From an uncultured delta proteobacterium (lineage in GTDB: Bacteria > Myxococcota_A > Polyangia > Fen-1088), in NCBI GenBank assembly GCA_963755125.1, contig CAVWIP010000002.1, forward strand, positions 1-64,000: a DNA stretch of 64,000 nt, read 5' to 3'. The number at the start of each line of letters is the position of its first letter. The first letter of the stretch is position 1. Below, piece by piece: positions 10,372-18,952 of the stretch. The notes under the pieces were generated by a model. That model had not been told where the DNA came from. It did no database searches and saw nothing but the letters and a program-made list of their open reading frames with translations. A program made the translations under genes and the position numbers.

Positions 10372-10875
10372 ATGAAAGAAACAGTCCTCTCCCACGTCGA
10401 TAAAGTCGGCAGCGCCCGCATGGTGGATGTGACCGCCAAGATGCCGACCGAGCGCTTGGCGCGCGCCGAGGCCGTCGTCATCCTGGGCCGCGCCCTTGCC
10501 GCGCGATTGCGGCGCACCGGCGTGCTGTCCAAGGGCAACGTGCTCGAAACCGCACGTCTGGCCGGCATCCAGGGCGCCAAGCAGACCGCAAGCCTCATCC
10601 CCCTGTGCCATCCGTTGCCCCTCGACGTCGTCGAGATCCACGCGACTATCGTTGGCGACCGCGTGCTCATCGAGACGATGGCGAGCGCCCGCGCCGCCAC
10701 CGGTGTCGAGATGGAAGCCCTGACTGCGGCCACCGTCGCGGCGCTGACCGTGTACGACATGTGCAAGGCTGCGAGCAAGGACATTGTCATCGGCCCCATT
10801 CGCCTGCTGGAAAAATCCGGGGGCCGCTCTGGGCATTTCTTGCGCAAGGGAGCGAGCCGTGCCCGGAAGGGTTGA
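10372..10875 (+). CDS. moaC: Cyclic pyranopterin monophosphate synthase MoaC
   Basis: MVDVTAK, LIPLCHP, TGVEMEAL, YDMCKA, KSGGRSG. Confidence 0.96.
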   Translation: MKETVLSHVDKVGSARMVDVTAKMPTERLARAEAVVILGRALAARLRRTGVLSKGNVLETARLAGIQGAKQTASLIPLCHPLPLDVVEIHATIVGDRVLIETMASARAATGVEMEALTAATVAALTVYDMCKAASKDIVIGPIRLLEKSGGRSGHFLRKGASRARKG

Positions 10876-11800
10876 AGCGATCTGCATCAGTGAGCGCAGG
10901 GGCATGCCCAAGACCGCGCTCCCCGCCGCACGGCTGCGCGCAGATCACGGCATCGAGGGCGACGCGCACAGTGGGCTCGGCCATCGTCAGGTCAGCATTC
11001 TCGGCCATGGCGATATCGAGTCCTTCAAGCGGGCCGGTCGTCTCGATGTGCAGGCAGGCGCCTTTGCCGAGAACCTGATTGTCGCCGGGCTCGACCTCGG
11101 CTCACTCGGGCTCGGCAGCCGCGTGCGCCTGGGCAGCGAGGCGATCCTCGGCATCACCCAGATCGGCAAGCGCTGCCATGACCGCTGCGCCATCTTCCAC
11201 CAGACCGGCGATTGCCTCATGCCGCGCGTGGGCCTGTTTGCCCGCGTGCTCGTGGGCGGCGCCGTGGCGGTCGGCGATCCCGTCGAGATCGAGGAAACGG
11301 TTCCGCGCTCAGTTTTCCAGGCCGTGGTGCTGACCCTGAGCGACCGCTGCGCCGCCGGCGTCACGCAAGACACCGCTGGCCCTGCGGTGTCCGCTCTGCT
11401 GCACGAGTTCATGCCCGCGCACATCTACCGCACTGAAATCCTGCCCGACGAGCGCGGCCCGCTGGCCGATCGCCTGCGCCACTACGCCGACGGCCACGGC
11501 ATCGACCTCGTCGTCGCGGTGGGCGGGACCGGGCTTTCCCCGCGCGACATCACCCCTGAGGCCGTGAGCGACGTGATCGACCGCGCCACCCCAGGTTTCG
11601 ACGAGGCCATGCGCGCCGCCTCGCTGGCTCACACCAAGCTGGCCATGCTCTCGCGCGCCTGCTCGGGCGTGCGCGGCCAGACCCTGATCCTGTCCGTGCC
11701 CGGCTCCGAGCGCGCGGCGGTCGAGAACCTGCGAGCGATCTTGCCCGCCCTGCCGCACGGCCTACGCAAGCTGCGTGGCGATCCCGAGGACTGCGGGTGA
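10859..11800 (+). CDS. MOSC domain + MogA/MoaB fusion
   Basis: GIEGDAH..RQVS, FAENL and TQIGKRCH, followed by LSDR..DTAGP, GGTGLSPRDITPEA and AMLSR. Confidence 0.88.
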   Translation: MPGRVEAICISERRGMPKTALPAARLRADHGIEGDAHSGLGHRQVSILGHGDIESFKRAGRLDVQAGAFAENLIVAGLDLGSLGLGSRVRLGSEAILGITQIGKRCHDRCAIFHQTGDCLMPRVGLFARVLVGGAVAVGDPVEIEETVPRSVFQAVVLTLSDRCAAGVTQDTAGPAVSALLHEFMPAHIYRTEILPDERGPLADRLRHYADGHGIDLVVAVGGTGLSPRDITPEAVSDVIDRATPGFDEAMRAASLAHTKLAMLSRACSGVRGQTLILSVPGSERAAVENLRAILPALPHGLRKLRGDPEDCG

Positions 11801-11827
11801 CCCTCGCCCTGACCGCTTTCGTGCGTT

Positions 11828-12601
11828 TCAGTACTTGCCCGGCCGCAAAAGTGACGCTGGAACATCGCCGGCGTACGAGTACCCGTACTGTTCCCAGTAG
11901 CCAGTGATCGCGTTATCGGTGATCTCGATGCGCGAGAGGTATTTTGCGTTCTTGTAGCCGTACAAACGAGGCACCACCAAGCGTACCGGAAAACCGTGTG
12001 CGAGCGGCAGCGTGGATCCGTCGACCCCGTAGCCGAGCAAGGTGTGCGGCTCGCGTGCGACGCTGATGGGAAGCGATTCGCTGTACACCCCGCCCACGCT
12101 GTAGAAGCTGATGTACGTGGCGGAGGGGTCCGCTCCGGCCAAGTCCAGCATGCTCGCGAGGGACACCCCGTTCCAGGGCACGTCGTCGACCGACCAGCCT
12201 TCGACGCAATGAAAATCGGTGACCTGGTCCTGCCGGGGGAGGGCAATGAGATCGGCGAAACTAAGCGAAAGAGGATTGCTTGCCATGCCGTCGACGGTAA
12301 GCGTCCAACTCGCCAGGATATCGACCAGGTTTTGCGCGTCTACAGTGTTTTCGTACCAGTTATTGAAAATGGGGTCCGTGCCGGGGCCGGGTTGGAAGTC
12401 GAAGCCTTGCGCGTCTGCCGCCTCGTCCGGCGCATCTTCGCTGGCGGCATCGGCCTGCCGACCATTCGGGCTCCTCGTTTCCAGGCACGCCGAGAGCACA
12501 TCGCCGCCGAGTGCCAGTACGGTTGCCTTGCCAAGCCAGCCCAGCACGGTTCGGCGCTCGACTGTACTCGGCGCAACGATGGGCGACAGGTGTGGCTTCA
12601 C
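11828..12601 (-). CDS. Sulfite-oxidase-family molybdopterin oxidoreductase (MsrP/YedY-like), Tat lipoprotein
   Basis: RRTVL Tat motif, DFHCVEGWS, HGFPVRLVVPRLYGYKNAKY, GYWEQYGY. Confidence 0.88.
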   Translation of the reverse strand: MKPHLSPIVAPSTVERRTVLGWLGKATVLALGGDVLSACLETRSPNGRQADAASEDAPDEAADAQGFDFQPGPGTDPIFNNWYENTVDAQNLVDILASWTLTVDGMASNPLSLSFADLIALPRQDQVTDFHCVEGWSVDDVPWNGVSLASMLDLAGADPSATYISFYSVGGVYSESLPISVAREPHTLLGYGVDGSTLPLAHGFPVRLVVPRLYGYKNAKYLSRIEITDNAITGYWEQYGYSYAGDVPASLLRPGKY

Positions 12602-12929
12602 TAATTGTTTGGATGCCCTTGTGGGAAGGTCGGTTCACAAGATCGCCGAGACCTTCCGGGCTGAGGCGCGGCAGACACAGCCAAGGGCCGACCTGCATGC
12701 CACGGCGCCGGCCCTCGACCCGACCAGGTTGAGAGCGGATTCGGGCGGCACCGTTACGAGTCTGGGCTCGATTCTCATTGCGTCGTGGTTTACAGGTTTC
12801 GAGCGGCTCCGGACAAGACAGCCCCATCCTCGACCGGCCAGGCCAAGCCCCAGCCCACCCCTGCTGCACCGTGGGCCAGGTCACGCCTGGTCCCGTCTTC
12901 ACCACCGCAACATTCATCGGCCATGTGCT

Positions 12930-13394
12930 TCACGGGGGCACCGGCGCCTTCCAGTCTGTGCGTTTATCACCACTGGACGGCCCACCTGGATCGTCGCTTC
13001 CGTGCCGAACGGGCGTATCCTCCCGCTGCGATGTCCGGACATCGAGCACCTGATTGATCAGCAGACGCACGTCGTCCGGAGAGAAAGGCTTCATCAGGAA
13101 TCCGTATGCTCCCAAACGGATCGCTTCGACGGCCTGTGATACGGTGGCGTAGGCGGTCATGAGCACGACGGCGGTGTCGCCTTGCTGCTCTCGAATTTGC
13201 CTCAACAATCCAAGGCCGCCCAATCCCTCCATGCGGATATCCGACACTACCAGATCGAACTCCCGGCGGTCGATGGCTTCCATGGCCGTCTCGCCGTCCG
13301 CGGCCGTCTCCACCGTATGCCCCAGAATCCGAATGTACATGGCTAATGTCTCGCGAATGTTCCTCTCGTCGTCGACTATCAAGATGGCTCCCAT
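12930..13394 (-). CDS. Response regulator receiver (NtrC-like N-terminus, no output domain)
   Basis: ILIVDDE, SDIRM, MTAYA and KPF motifs; ends shortly after the receiver. Confidence 0.82.
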   Translation of the reverse strand: MGAILIVDDERNIRETLAMYIRILGHTVETAADGETAMEAIDRREFDLVVSDIRMEGLGGLGLLRQIREQQGDTAVVLMTAYATVSQAVEAIRLGAYGFLMKPFSPDDVRLLINQVLDVRTSQREDTPVRHGSDDPGGPSSGDKRTDWKAPVPP

Positions 13395-13462
13395 AGCCGT
13401 ATCCGCCCTTCAGTCCGTCGCCTCTCCGGGGTGGCTTTCACTTCGACCGCCTTCACGATCCG

Positions 13463-13747
13463 CTAGTTACCGGCGTCCAGTGGCGGGCATGCACTGCCGT
13501 TGCAGAACGGGTTCAGGCTCGACATCAGTGGCGTCGGGCAGCAGTAGCTCTCCGCGCAGGTCGGCGACTTTTGGCAGGTCAGGCCGCTGTTGCAGTCGCT
13601 TTCCCCCGGGGCAAGGTCGGGGTTACAGCGATCCCCTTCCTTTCCTTGGTTGCACCCGTCCCCGAGTGCCAACGCAACAGCCGCGACCATGACGAAGAAG
13701 GTTCGTGACGCGATGGACTTGATGCTTACCGAGGGTGCTCTCTTCAT
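13463..13747 (-). CDS. Small Cys-rich lipoprotein (intact copy)
   Basis: GGAGG RBS, hydrophobic signal, Cys-rich mature part. Confidence 0.7.
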   Translation of the reverse strand: MKRAPSVSIKSIASRTFFVMVAAVALALGDGCNQGKEGDRCNPDLAPGESDCNSGLTCQKSPTCAESYCCPTPLMSSLNPFCNGSACPPLDAGN

Positions 13748-13963
13748 GATGACAATCCTCCGAGTTTCATTGCCCGATATCCATCTGCCGCCACTAACCC
13801 CAGAGTTCGCCTCAGACGAAATAGGCCCCAGTGCGCAGGATGGGCAGGCCCCGCGTTGTTGGACCAGCTCCCCTTTTCCACTCAGCCGATCTCTGGGGTT
13901 AGAAGCGGGTCAACATTGCGAGAACGATCCGGTCGTCGGTCTTGGACAGATCGGGCGGCCAGC
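13549..13963 (-). repeat. Copy B of the inverted repeat (contains MITE)
   Basis: Reverse complement of 1762..2071 plus a 105-nt insertion. Confidence 0.95.
13797..13899. mobile_element. 103-bp MITE, copy 1
   Basis: ACCCCAGAG...CTCTGGGGT termini; TA duplicated at 13795-96 and 13900-01; empty site visible at 1823..1826. Confidence 0.93.
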
Positions 13964-14327
13964 AGCGTCCCGATCCCACCAGTGCTGCATGGCAGAGATT
14001 GACCCTTTCGAGCCATGGCACCGAAATGCCCGTCATCGCCCGTAGCGCGATGACGGCTCCTTCCGTGCGTGTGGCCTTGATTTTTCCCGCGAAAGTGTCT
14101 TCCTGGAGTGGCGCAATGTTCACGATACCATCGCGGTACGCCAGCAGACCCATCTCGCGTTCCCTGGCCTGCACCCCGACACAAGCATCATCCGCAATTG
14201 CAGCATACTGTGCGGCCGAAAGTGTTTCATTCGTTCCCGCGGCGATAGTTCCAGCGCAGCTCGCCGTGACGGAAGAGCCGCCGATAGCCACAACAACCAT
14301 CCATGTCCTCACTACTCTAGTAGACAT
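13899..14327 (-). CDS. Chimeric or truncated secreted protein fused to the last ~20 codons of the porin
   Basis: Signal-like N-terminus; ends PDLSKTDDRIVLAMLTRF like 288..1826. Confidence 0.55.
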   Translation of the reverse strand: MSTRVVRTWMVVVAIGGSSVTASCAGTIAAGTNETLSAAQYAAIADDACVGVQAREREMGLLAYRDGIVNIAPLQEDTFAGKIKATRTEGAVIALRAMTGISVPWLERVNLCHAALVGSGRCWPPDLSKTDDRIVLAMLTRF

Positions 14328-14862
14328 GACCCAACCTCCAATCTTCGGCCTCTCTTGAGGCCGCAATGGGAGGTAATACATCGAGCGTGCCAGGCCCAAA
14401 CCGCCGCAATTCAGGCAGCGCCCGGCTTTCGGTTTTGCAAATCGCACGGCCCTTGTGGATAACCATTGTATCCTGCACGAGCCCGAGTCCCATGGCAGGG
14501 ACGACCATCGCGGCGGTAGCTGGCCTCTTCCCCCTGACCCTGGTGACCGGCCCGGGCGCCGTGGCGCGGAACTCGATTAGAGTGGTGCTGGTGGGCTGCG
14601 GTGGTCATTCCCGGCATGAGCACAACATCCCGCCTGTTTTCTGTCCGCGCGGAATTTTCGGCCGACAGGTGTTCTCCCGACCTTGTCCGTCATCATTGAC
14701 GGGCAACGCGACCCGCACCGCGATCGTAGCGTTTATCCGCAACGCGGCAGATGCCACGCCAAGACCCAAAGATGTTCTGGTGCGCGGTTGGGGTGCGCAT
14801 TCATGCGAATTCATGCCATAATTCCCGCCAAAGCTTACCAGACAGCATGAGAGGTGAATCCA

Positions 14863-16749
14863 ATGAAACGCACCACGCGAGCAATTCCCTGTTTGGCCAT
14901 CGGGCTGTTCTTCCTCGGATGCTCTGCCGCAAAAGTTGACAACACAGGCAGCGGAGGTGGCAGCGTCCCCGGTGGCGGTGTTGGTGGCGGTGGTGGTGGT
15001 GGAACGGGGATAAATCTCAACACCAACCCAAGCGGAGGTGCCCAGTCGTCCTCTTCTGACCCTGGCGCCGCGCCGATAGCCTGTGACAATCCGACTGCTT
15101 GTACCGATTTTCCCTCTGCCCCGATCATCGACTCCAACTCACCCTCGGCCGTGCCGTCAAATGCGGCCAGCCAGTTTTCGGGTAGTCCGTCTGGCACCGG
15201 CCCCTGCGTTGTCGAGCCGGAGGACGGTTCGCTCTACCCCTACAACTGGGCCCGTCCACGGGTCAGGTGGACGGGAACGAGTGGCCTCACTCAGATCACC
15301 ATCCATGCCGACCTGGAGGCAAACGACCTGATTGCCTATACGACCGCAAACTCATGGCTGGTTCCCAAGGACGTGTGGACCGGACTTTCCCAGCACGTAC
15401 ACGAAGCGGATATCACGGTCACGGTTCGCGCTGTCAATGGGGGGGCGACCTCAGCGAAGTTCCAGATCGCATCGGCGAGTGCCGCGGGCAGCATCGTTTT
15501 CTGGGCCGCGGATCCGTCCGCCGTCGGCAACCAGAATGTCACCACCGTGCAAGACACGACTTCGCTGTTGCTAGGATTCAGCGTTGGAGAAGAGGGCAGC
15601 TCCGTCGCGCTCAAGTTCTCGCAAGTCAAGCAACCCAGTCGGGATCAATCCTATAATGTACGCACGCCGACCTGTATTGGATGTCACTCCGCCACGCCGG
15701 ACAAAGGGTTCGTTGCGTTCGTCGACAACTGGCCGTGGAACTCGGTCATCGCGGGCGTCACGACCGACAACACCGGTGATGAGTTGGCCAACTTGAGCGC
15801 CGGCGGCTTGGCCGCGCTTAACAAGCCTTGGGCAGGGCCCGCGACCTTCTCGAGCGCATTCTGGCAGCCTGGAAGCCGCATGATGGTGACCACGTCGGCG
15901 CAGCAAAGCGACACCCAGCCATGGTCGACGGACGACTGGCAGGCAGCAAAACTGGTCTGGTACAACCTTGATGGCCCTGCGCCCACGCAGTCGGTTGGCC
16001 AAGGTCCGCTCGCCACGCTGGGACAGCAGTATGGTGTCATCGCCCGCAACGGCGATCCGAATCCCGGGACCGCCTTCCCGACCTGGAGCCACGACGGCAG
16101 CACCATCGTGTACTCATCCACGGTCGGTCCGCCGTCGGCGAACAACTTCGGTGGTTGCAAAGATGGTCGCCTGAACCAGGGCGCCACCGACCTGTATTCC
16201 GTGCCCTACAACGGAGGCAACGGGGGCGAAGCCAACCCGGTTCCTGGTGCTTCCGACAAGAACTGGGAAGAGTTCTACGCCGCCTACTCGCCTGACGATC
16301 AAATGGTGTTGTTCGACCGGGTTCCTTCCGGCCAGGTCATGTATGCCAATCCAAACGCGGAGATCTTCTTCGTGCCGATGGGAAGCGCGACAGGGGCTGG
16401 CACGGCGGTACGTCTGGCCGCCAACGATCCGGTCCAGTGCTCCGGAATGTCCAGTCCTGGCATCAACAACCATTTCCCCAAGTGGGCGCCCGCGAGTTCC
16501 ACCTACAACGGACGCACCTACTACTGGGTCATCTTCTCTTCCAATCGCGCGGGTATCGCGCCTGTCCTTTCGACCTACGACGGCGCCATGCACCAGGTTT
16601 CGCAGCTCTACCTCACCGCTGTCACCGTCGAGAACGGTCAGTACACGACCTACCACTCGGTCTACCTGTGGAATCAGCCAACCACCACGCTGAACACAAC
16701 GCCAGTTTGGGACATGCTCCAGATCCCGCCCGCGCCTGTTATTTACTAG
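14863..16749 (+). CDS. Lipoprotein with TolB/PD40-like repeats and a CxxCH motif
   Basis: FLGC lipobox, CIGCH, FPTWSHDG, YSPDDQM, WVIFSSNR. Confidence 0.78.
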   Translation: MKRTTRAIPCLAIGLFFLGCSAAKVDNTGSGGGSVPGGGVGGGGGGGTGINLNTNPSGGAQSSSSDPGAAPIACDNPTACTDFPSAPIIDSNSPSAVPSNAASQFSGSPSGTGPCVVEPEDGSLYPYNWARPRVRWTGTSGLTQITIHADLEANDLIAYTTANSWLVPKDVWTGLSQHVHEADITVTVRAVNGGATSAKFQIASASAAGSIVFWAADPSAVGNQNVTTVQDTTSLLLGFSVGEEGSSVALKFSQVKQPSRDQSYNVRTPTCIGCHSATPDKGFVAFVDNWPWNSVIAGVTTDNTGDELANLSAGGLAALNKPWAGPATFSSAFWQPGSRMMVTTSAQQSDTQPWSTDDWQAAKLVWYNLDGPAPTQSVGQGPLATLGQQYGVIARNGDPNPGTAFPTWSHDGSTIVYSSTVGPPSANNFGGCKDGRLNQGATDLYSVPYNGGNGGEANPVPGASDKNWEEFYAAYSPDDQMVLFDRVPSGQVMYANPNAEIFFVPMGSATGAGTAVRLAANDPVQCSGMSSPGINNHFPKWAPASSTYNGRTYYWVIFSSNRAGIAPVLSTYDGAMHQVSQLYLTAVTVENGQYTTYHSVYLWNQPTTTLNTTPVWDMLQIPPAPVIY

Positions 16750-16876
16750 GTGGAGACACGCAGGTAGATACGCGGGTTATGCCGAGCTCTGCATAAATCC
16801 GCGTAGCGCGGCAGTCGACTCCAGACAGCACGGTATCGCCCGGTCACGGATCGGCATGACTCCGGCGAACAGGGGT

Positions 16877-18295
16877 TTATGGCGCGCGTCGCCCCGTGAA
16901 GCGGGCACCATGCACCGAAACCGGACCGAGGTCGCGCCGCGTCGGCGCTTCGAAGAACTCCGGGACGACACGCCACGTTTCGACGAAACCGCCGGCTTTC
17001 GGGGATGCACTGAAATGTTCTAGATCCTGTGCATTGAGCGGTTTCCTCTTGGGGGCGTCCCGGATTCGGTTGAACACGCCATTGCGCCACTGGAACACTT
17101 CGTCCAACTTCTCAGCGTAGGTATACGCATGGTTGTTCTCGCCGTAGTAATCGTCGAATCGGTCACGACCGAGATAGATCGCGTTGGACCCCTCGTAGCC
17201 GCTCTTCTGCCTTGAGACCGGGTCGGTGTTGAGAAAATAGACCCAATCGCCGGGGACGAAATTCTTGGGCGAGACCTCACGGGCGACGGCGAGCAGTTTT
17301 CCAGGCCGCGCAGCGTCCTTCGGATTGAAACCGGGCTCGAAGCTCCAGACGGCGCCCGGTTCGACGTCGGAAAGCGGATCGTGGTTGGAAAGCAGGCGCG
17401 TCTGGACCAACCGGGCCAGTGCCGGTGATGCGCGAACGCGGTCGTAGTAGTCGAGGACACCCTTGACGATGGCGAGCTTGGTGGCCGTGTAGCACCCCAT
17501 CGTGTAGGCGCTCTGATTTGAAAAAGCGTCGTCGATGGCTTCTCGCAGCGGCACGCCCGGCTTCGGCGTGCCGTGGTTCCAGTACTTCTCGTTCCACTCG
17601 GCAGCCCCACCGTTTGGCCAGCCCCACCGGAGATTCTCGGCCCAGGCGACGATATTCTGCCGCAGAGCCACGTGGTCGGAGAGCGCTTCCACGCTACACG
17701 CCGAGCCTCGCAGCGTGGTCAGCCGGCCGTGTTGTAGCAGCGCCAGCAAGATCTCCTGTCGCGAGACCGTTCGCACCTGCGAGGTTGAGTCGGGGCCGAC
17801 GGACAAGGTCACTTCCTCTGTCGAGATGTTCATCGACGGCCGCGCGGAGAAGTCCAAGGTCGAGGTGTCGTGCGGCGGCGTGGCCAGCGTATAGACGAGG
17901 ACGCCTTCAGCCGGCCTTTCGGTGACGACGACCAGAGCCTCCGGGATGGCCAGGGACTTCACGTACTCCGCCATCCCGACTTTGATCGCCGGCAACTGGT
18001 GCCGTGGACACACAAATCGCACGCCTTCGTCGCTGCGGCCAGCCACCCCGCGGGCGGCGTCGCGAGGCCGCGATGTCACGTGCCCGTTTTCCGCCGCGGA
18101 AATGTTCCGGGCAACCGACGTCGTCGCTAGGAACACACTGGTCAACAACACCGGTCCAAAGCGAGCGCGTGCGTCGCCAGGCGGAATCAGGCTTGGGCGC
18201 TCTGCCCGCCCAACCAGCGCTTGCAGCCGGCGGCTTCGTCTTACTTCTAGGTCTTGCATGTGCTTAGGATGAAGAAGTCCGAGCATGGGTGGCAC
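16877..18295 (-). CDS. Tgl-like protein-glutamine gamma-glutamyltransferase (start uncertain)
   Basis: YTMGCYTAT and FVPGDWVYFLN..YEGSNAIYLG resemble Bacillus Tgl motifs (FECATA, PGD..YFKN..GENVI.LG). Confidence 0.62.
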   Translation of the reverse strand: MPPMLGLLHPKHMQDLEVRRSRRLQALVGRAERPSLIPPGDARARFGPVLLTSVFLATTSVARNISAAENGHVTSRPRDAARGVAGRSDEGVRFVCPRHQLPAIKVGMAEYVKSLAIPEALVVVTERPAEGVLVYTLATPPHDTSTLDFSARPSMNISTEEVTLSVGPDSTSQVRTVSRQEILLALLQHGRLTTLRGSACSVEALSDHVALRQNIVAWAENLRWGWPNGGAAEWNEKYWNHGTPKPGVPLREAIDDAFSNQSAYTMGCYTATKLAIVKGVLDYYDRVRASPALARLVQTRLLSNHDPLSDVEPGAVWSFEPGFNPKDAARPGKLLAVAREVSPKNFVPGDWVYFLNTDPVSRQKSGYEGSNAIYLGRDRFDDYYGENNHAYTYAEKLDEVFQWRNGVFNRIRDAPKRKPLNAQDLEHFSASPKAGGFVETWRVVPEFFEAPTRRDLGPVSVHGARFTGRRAP

Positions 18296-18952
18296 CTAGC
18301 GCCGCCATCGTCGAGGGACGCGAGGTACGGATCCCCCCACAACGGCCAGGTGGTCGACATCCATTTGTTCCGCGAGATCGTCATCTGCCTTGCCGCCGCG
18401 AGCGCCAAGCCTCCAGGATGAGATCACTGGGAATCACTCACGGTGCGACACCTCGGCTGCCATTACTTGCTGCGGAGATGCATCGGCTATGCCACGAAGG
18501 GGTGATGCATTCCCTCAGGTGAGGCAGGGACATCGCCATCGCAACAGGGACTCAATGTCGCATGGCCGGGGTTGGCCGCGACAAACTGCCGCGGCGTGGC
18601 TGCTGTCCCTCGACCATGAAGCGGCTTGTCCTTCACCTTGCAGTGATACCAGCCGTGAGTTTCCCGACGGTGGCGATGAGAGAACAGTCGGCCTCGCCAC
18701 CGACTTCGCAATCTGGGTTGCAAAATCGCTGCCCCGCCGAGCAGCGAGCAATATCTCGCTGCGTCTTTTGCGAGCGGAAGAGGCGCGGCGGGTCTAATCG
18801 CTCAGGGCTTGTCCGTACTGGACAGCAGGGCCTTTTTCGTCTGAGGGGAACTCTGGGCTAGTGCCGACGGTCAGAAATTGTCGAGGGGATGGATCGGTTG
18901 TCCATCCCTTGTGGAATTTCTGGCCGGCGGCACTCGGCTCTCAGAACTCTCG

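Noticed and set aside
14434..14455. Minus-strand sigma54-like GGCCGTGCGATTTGC
   Set aside because: Spacing is 11 nt rather than 10
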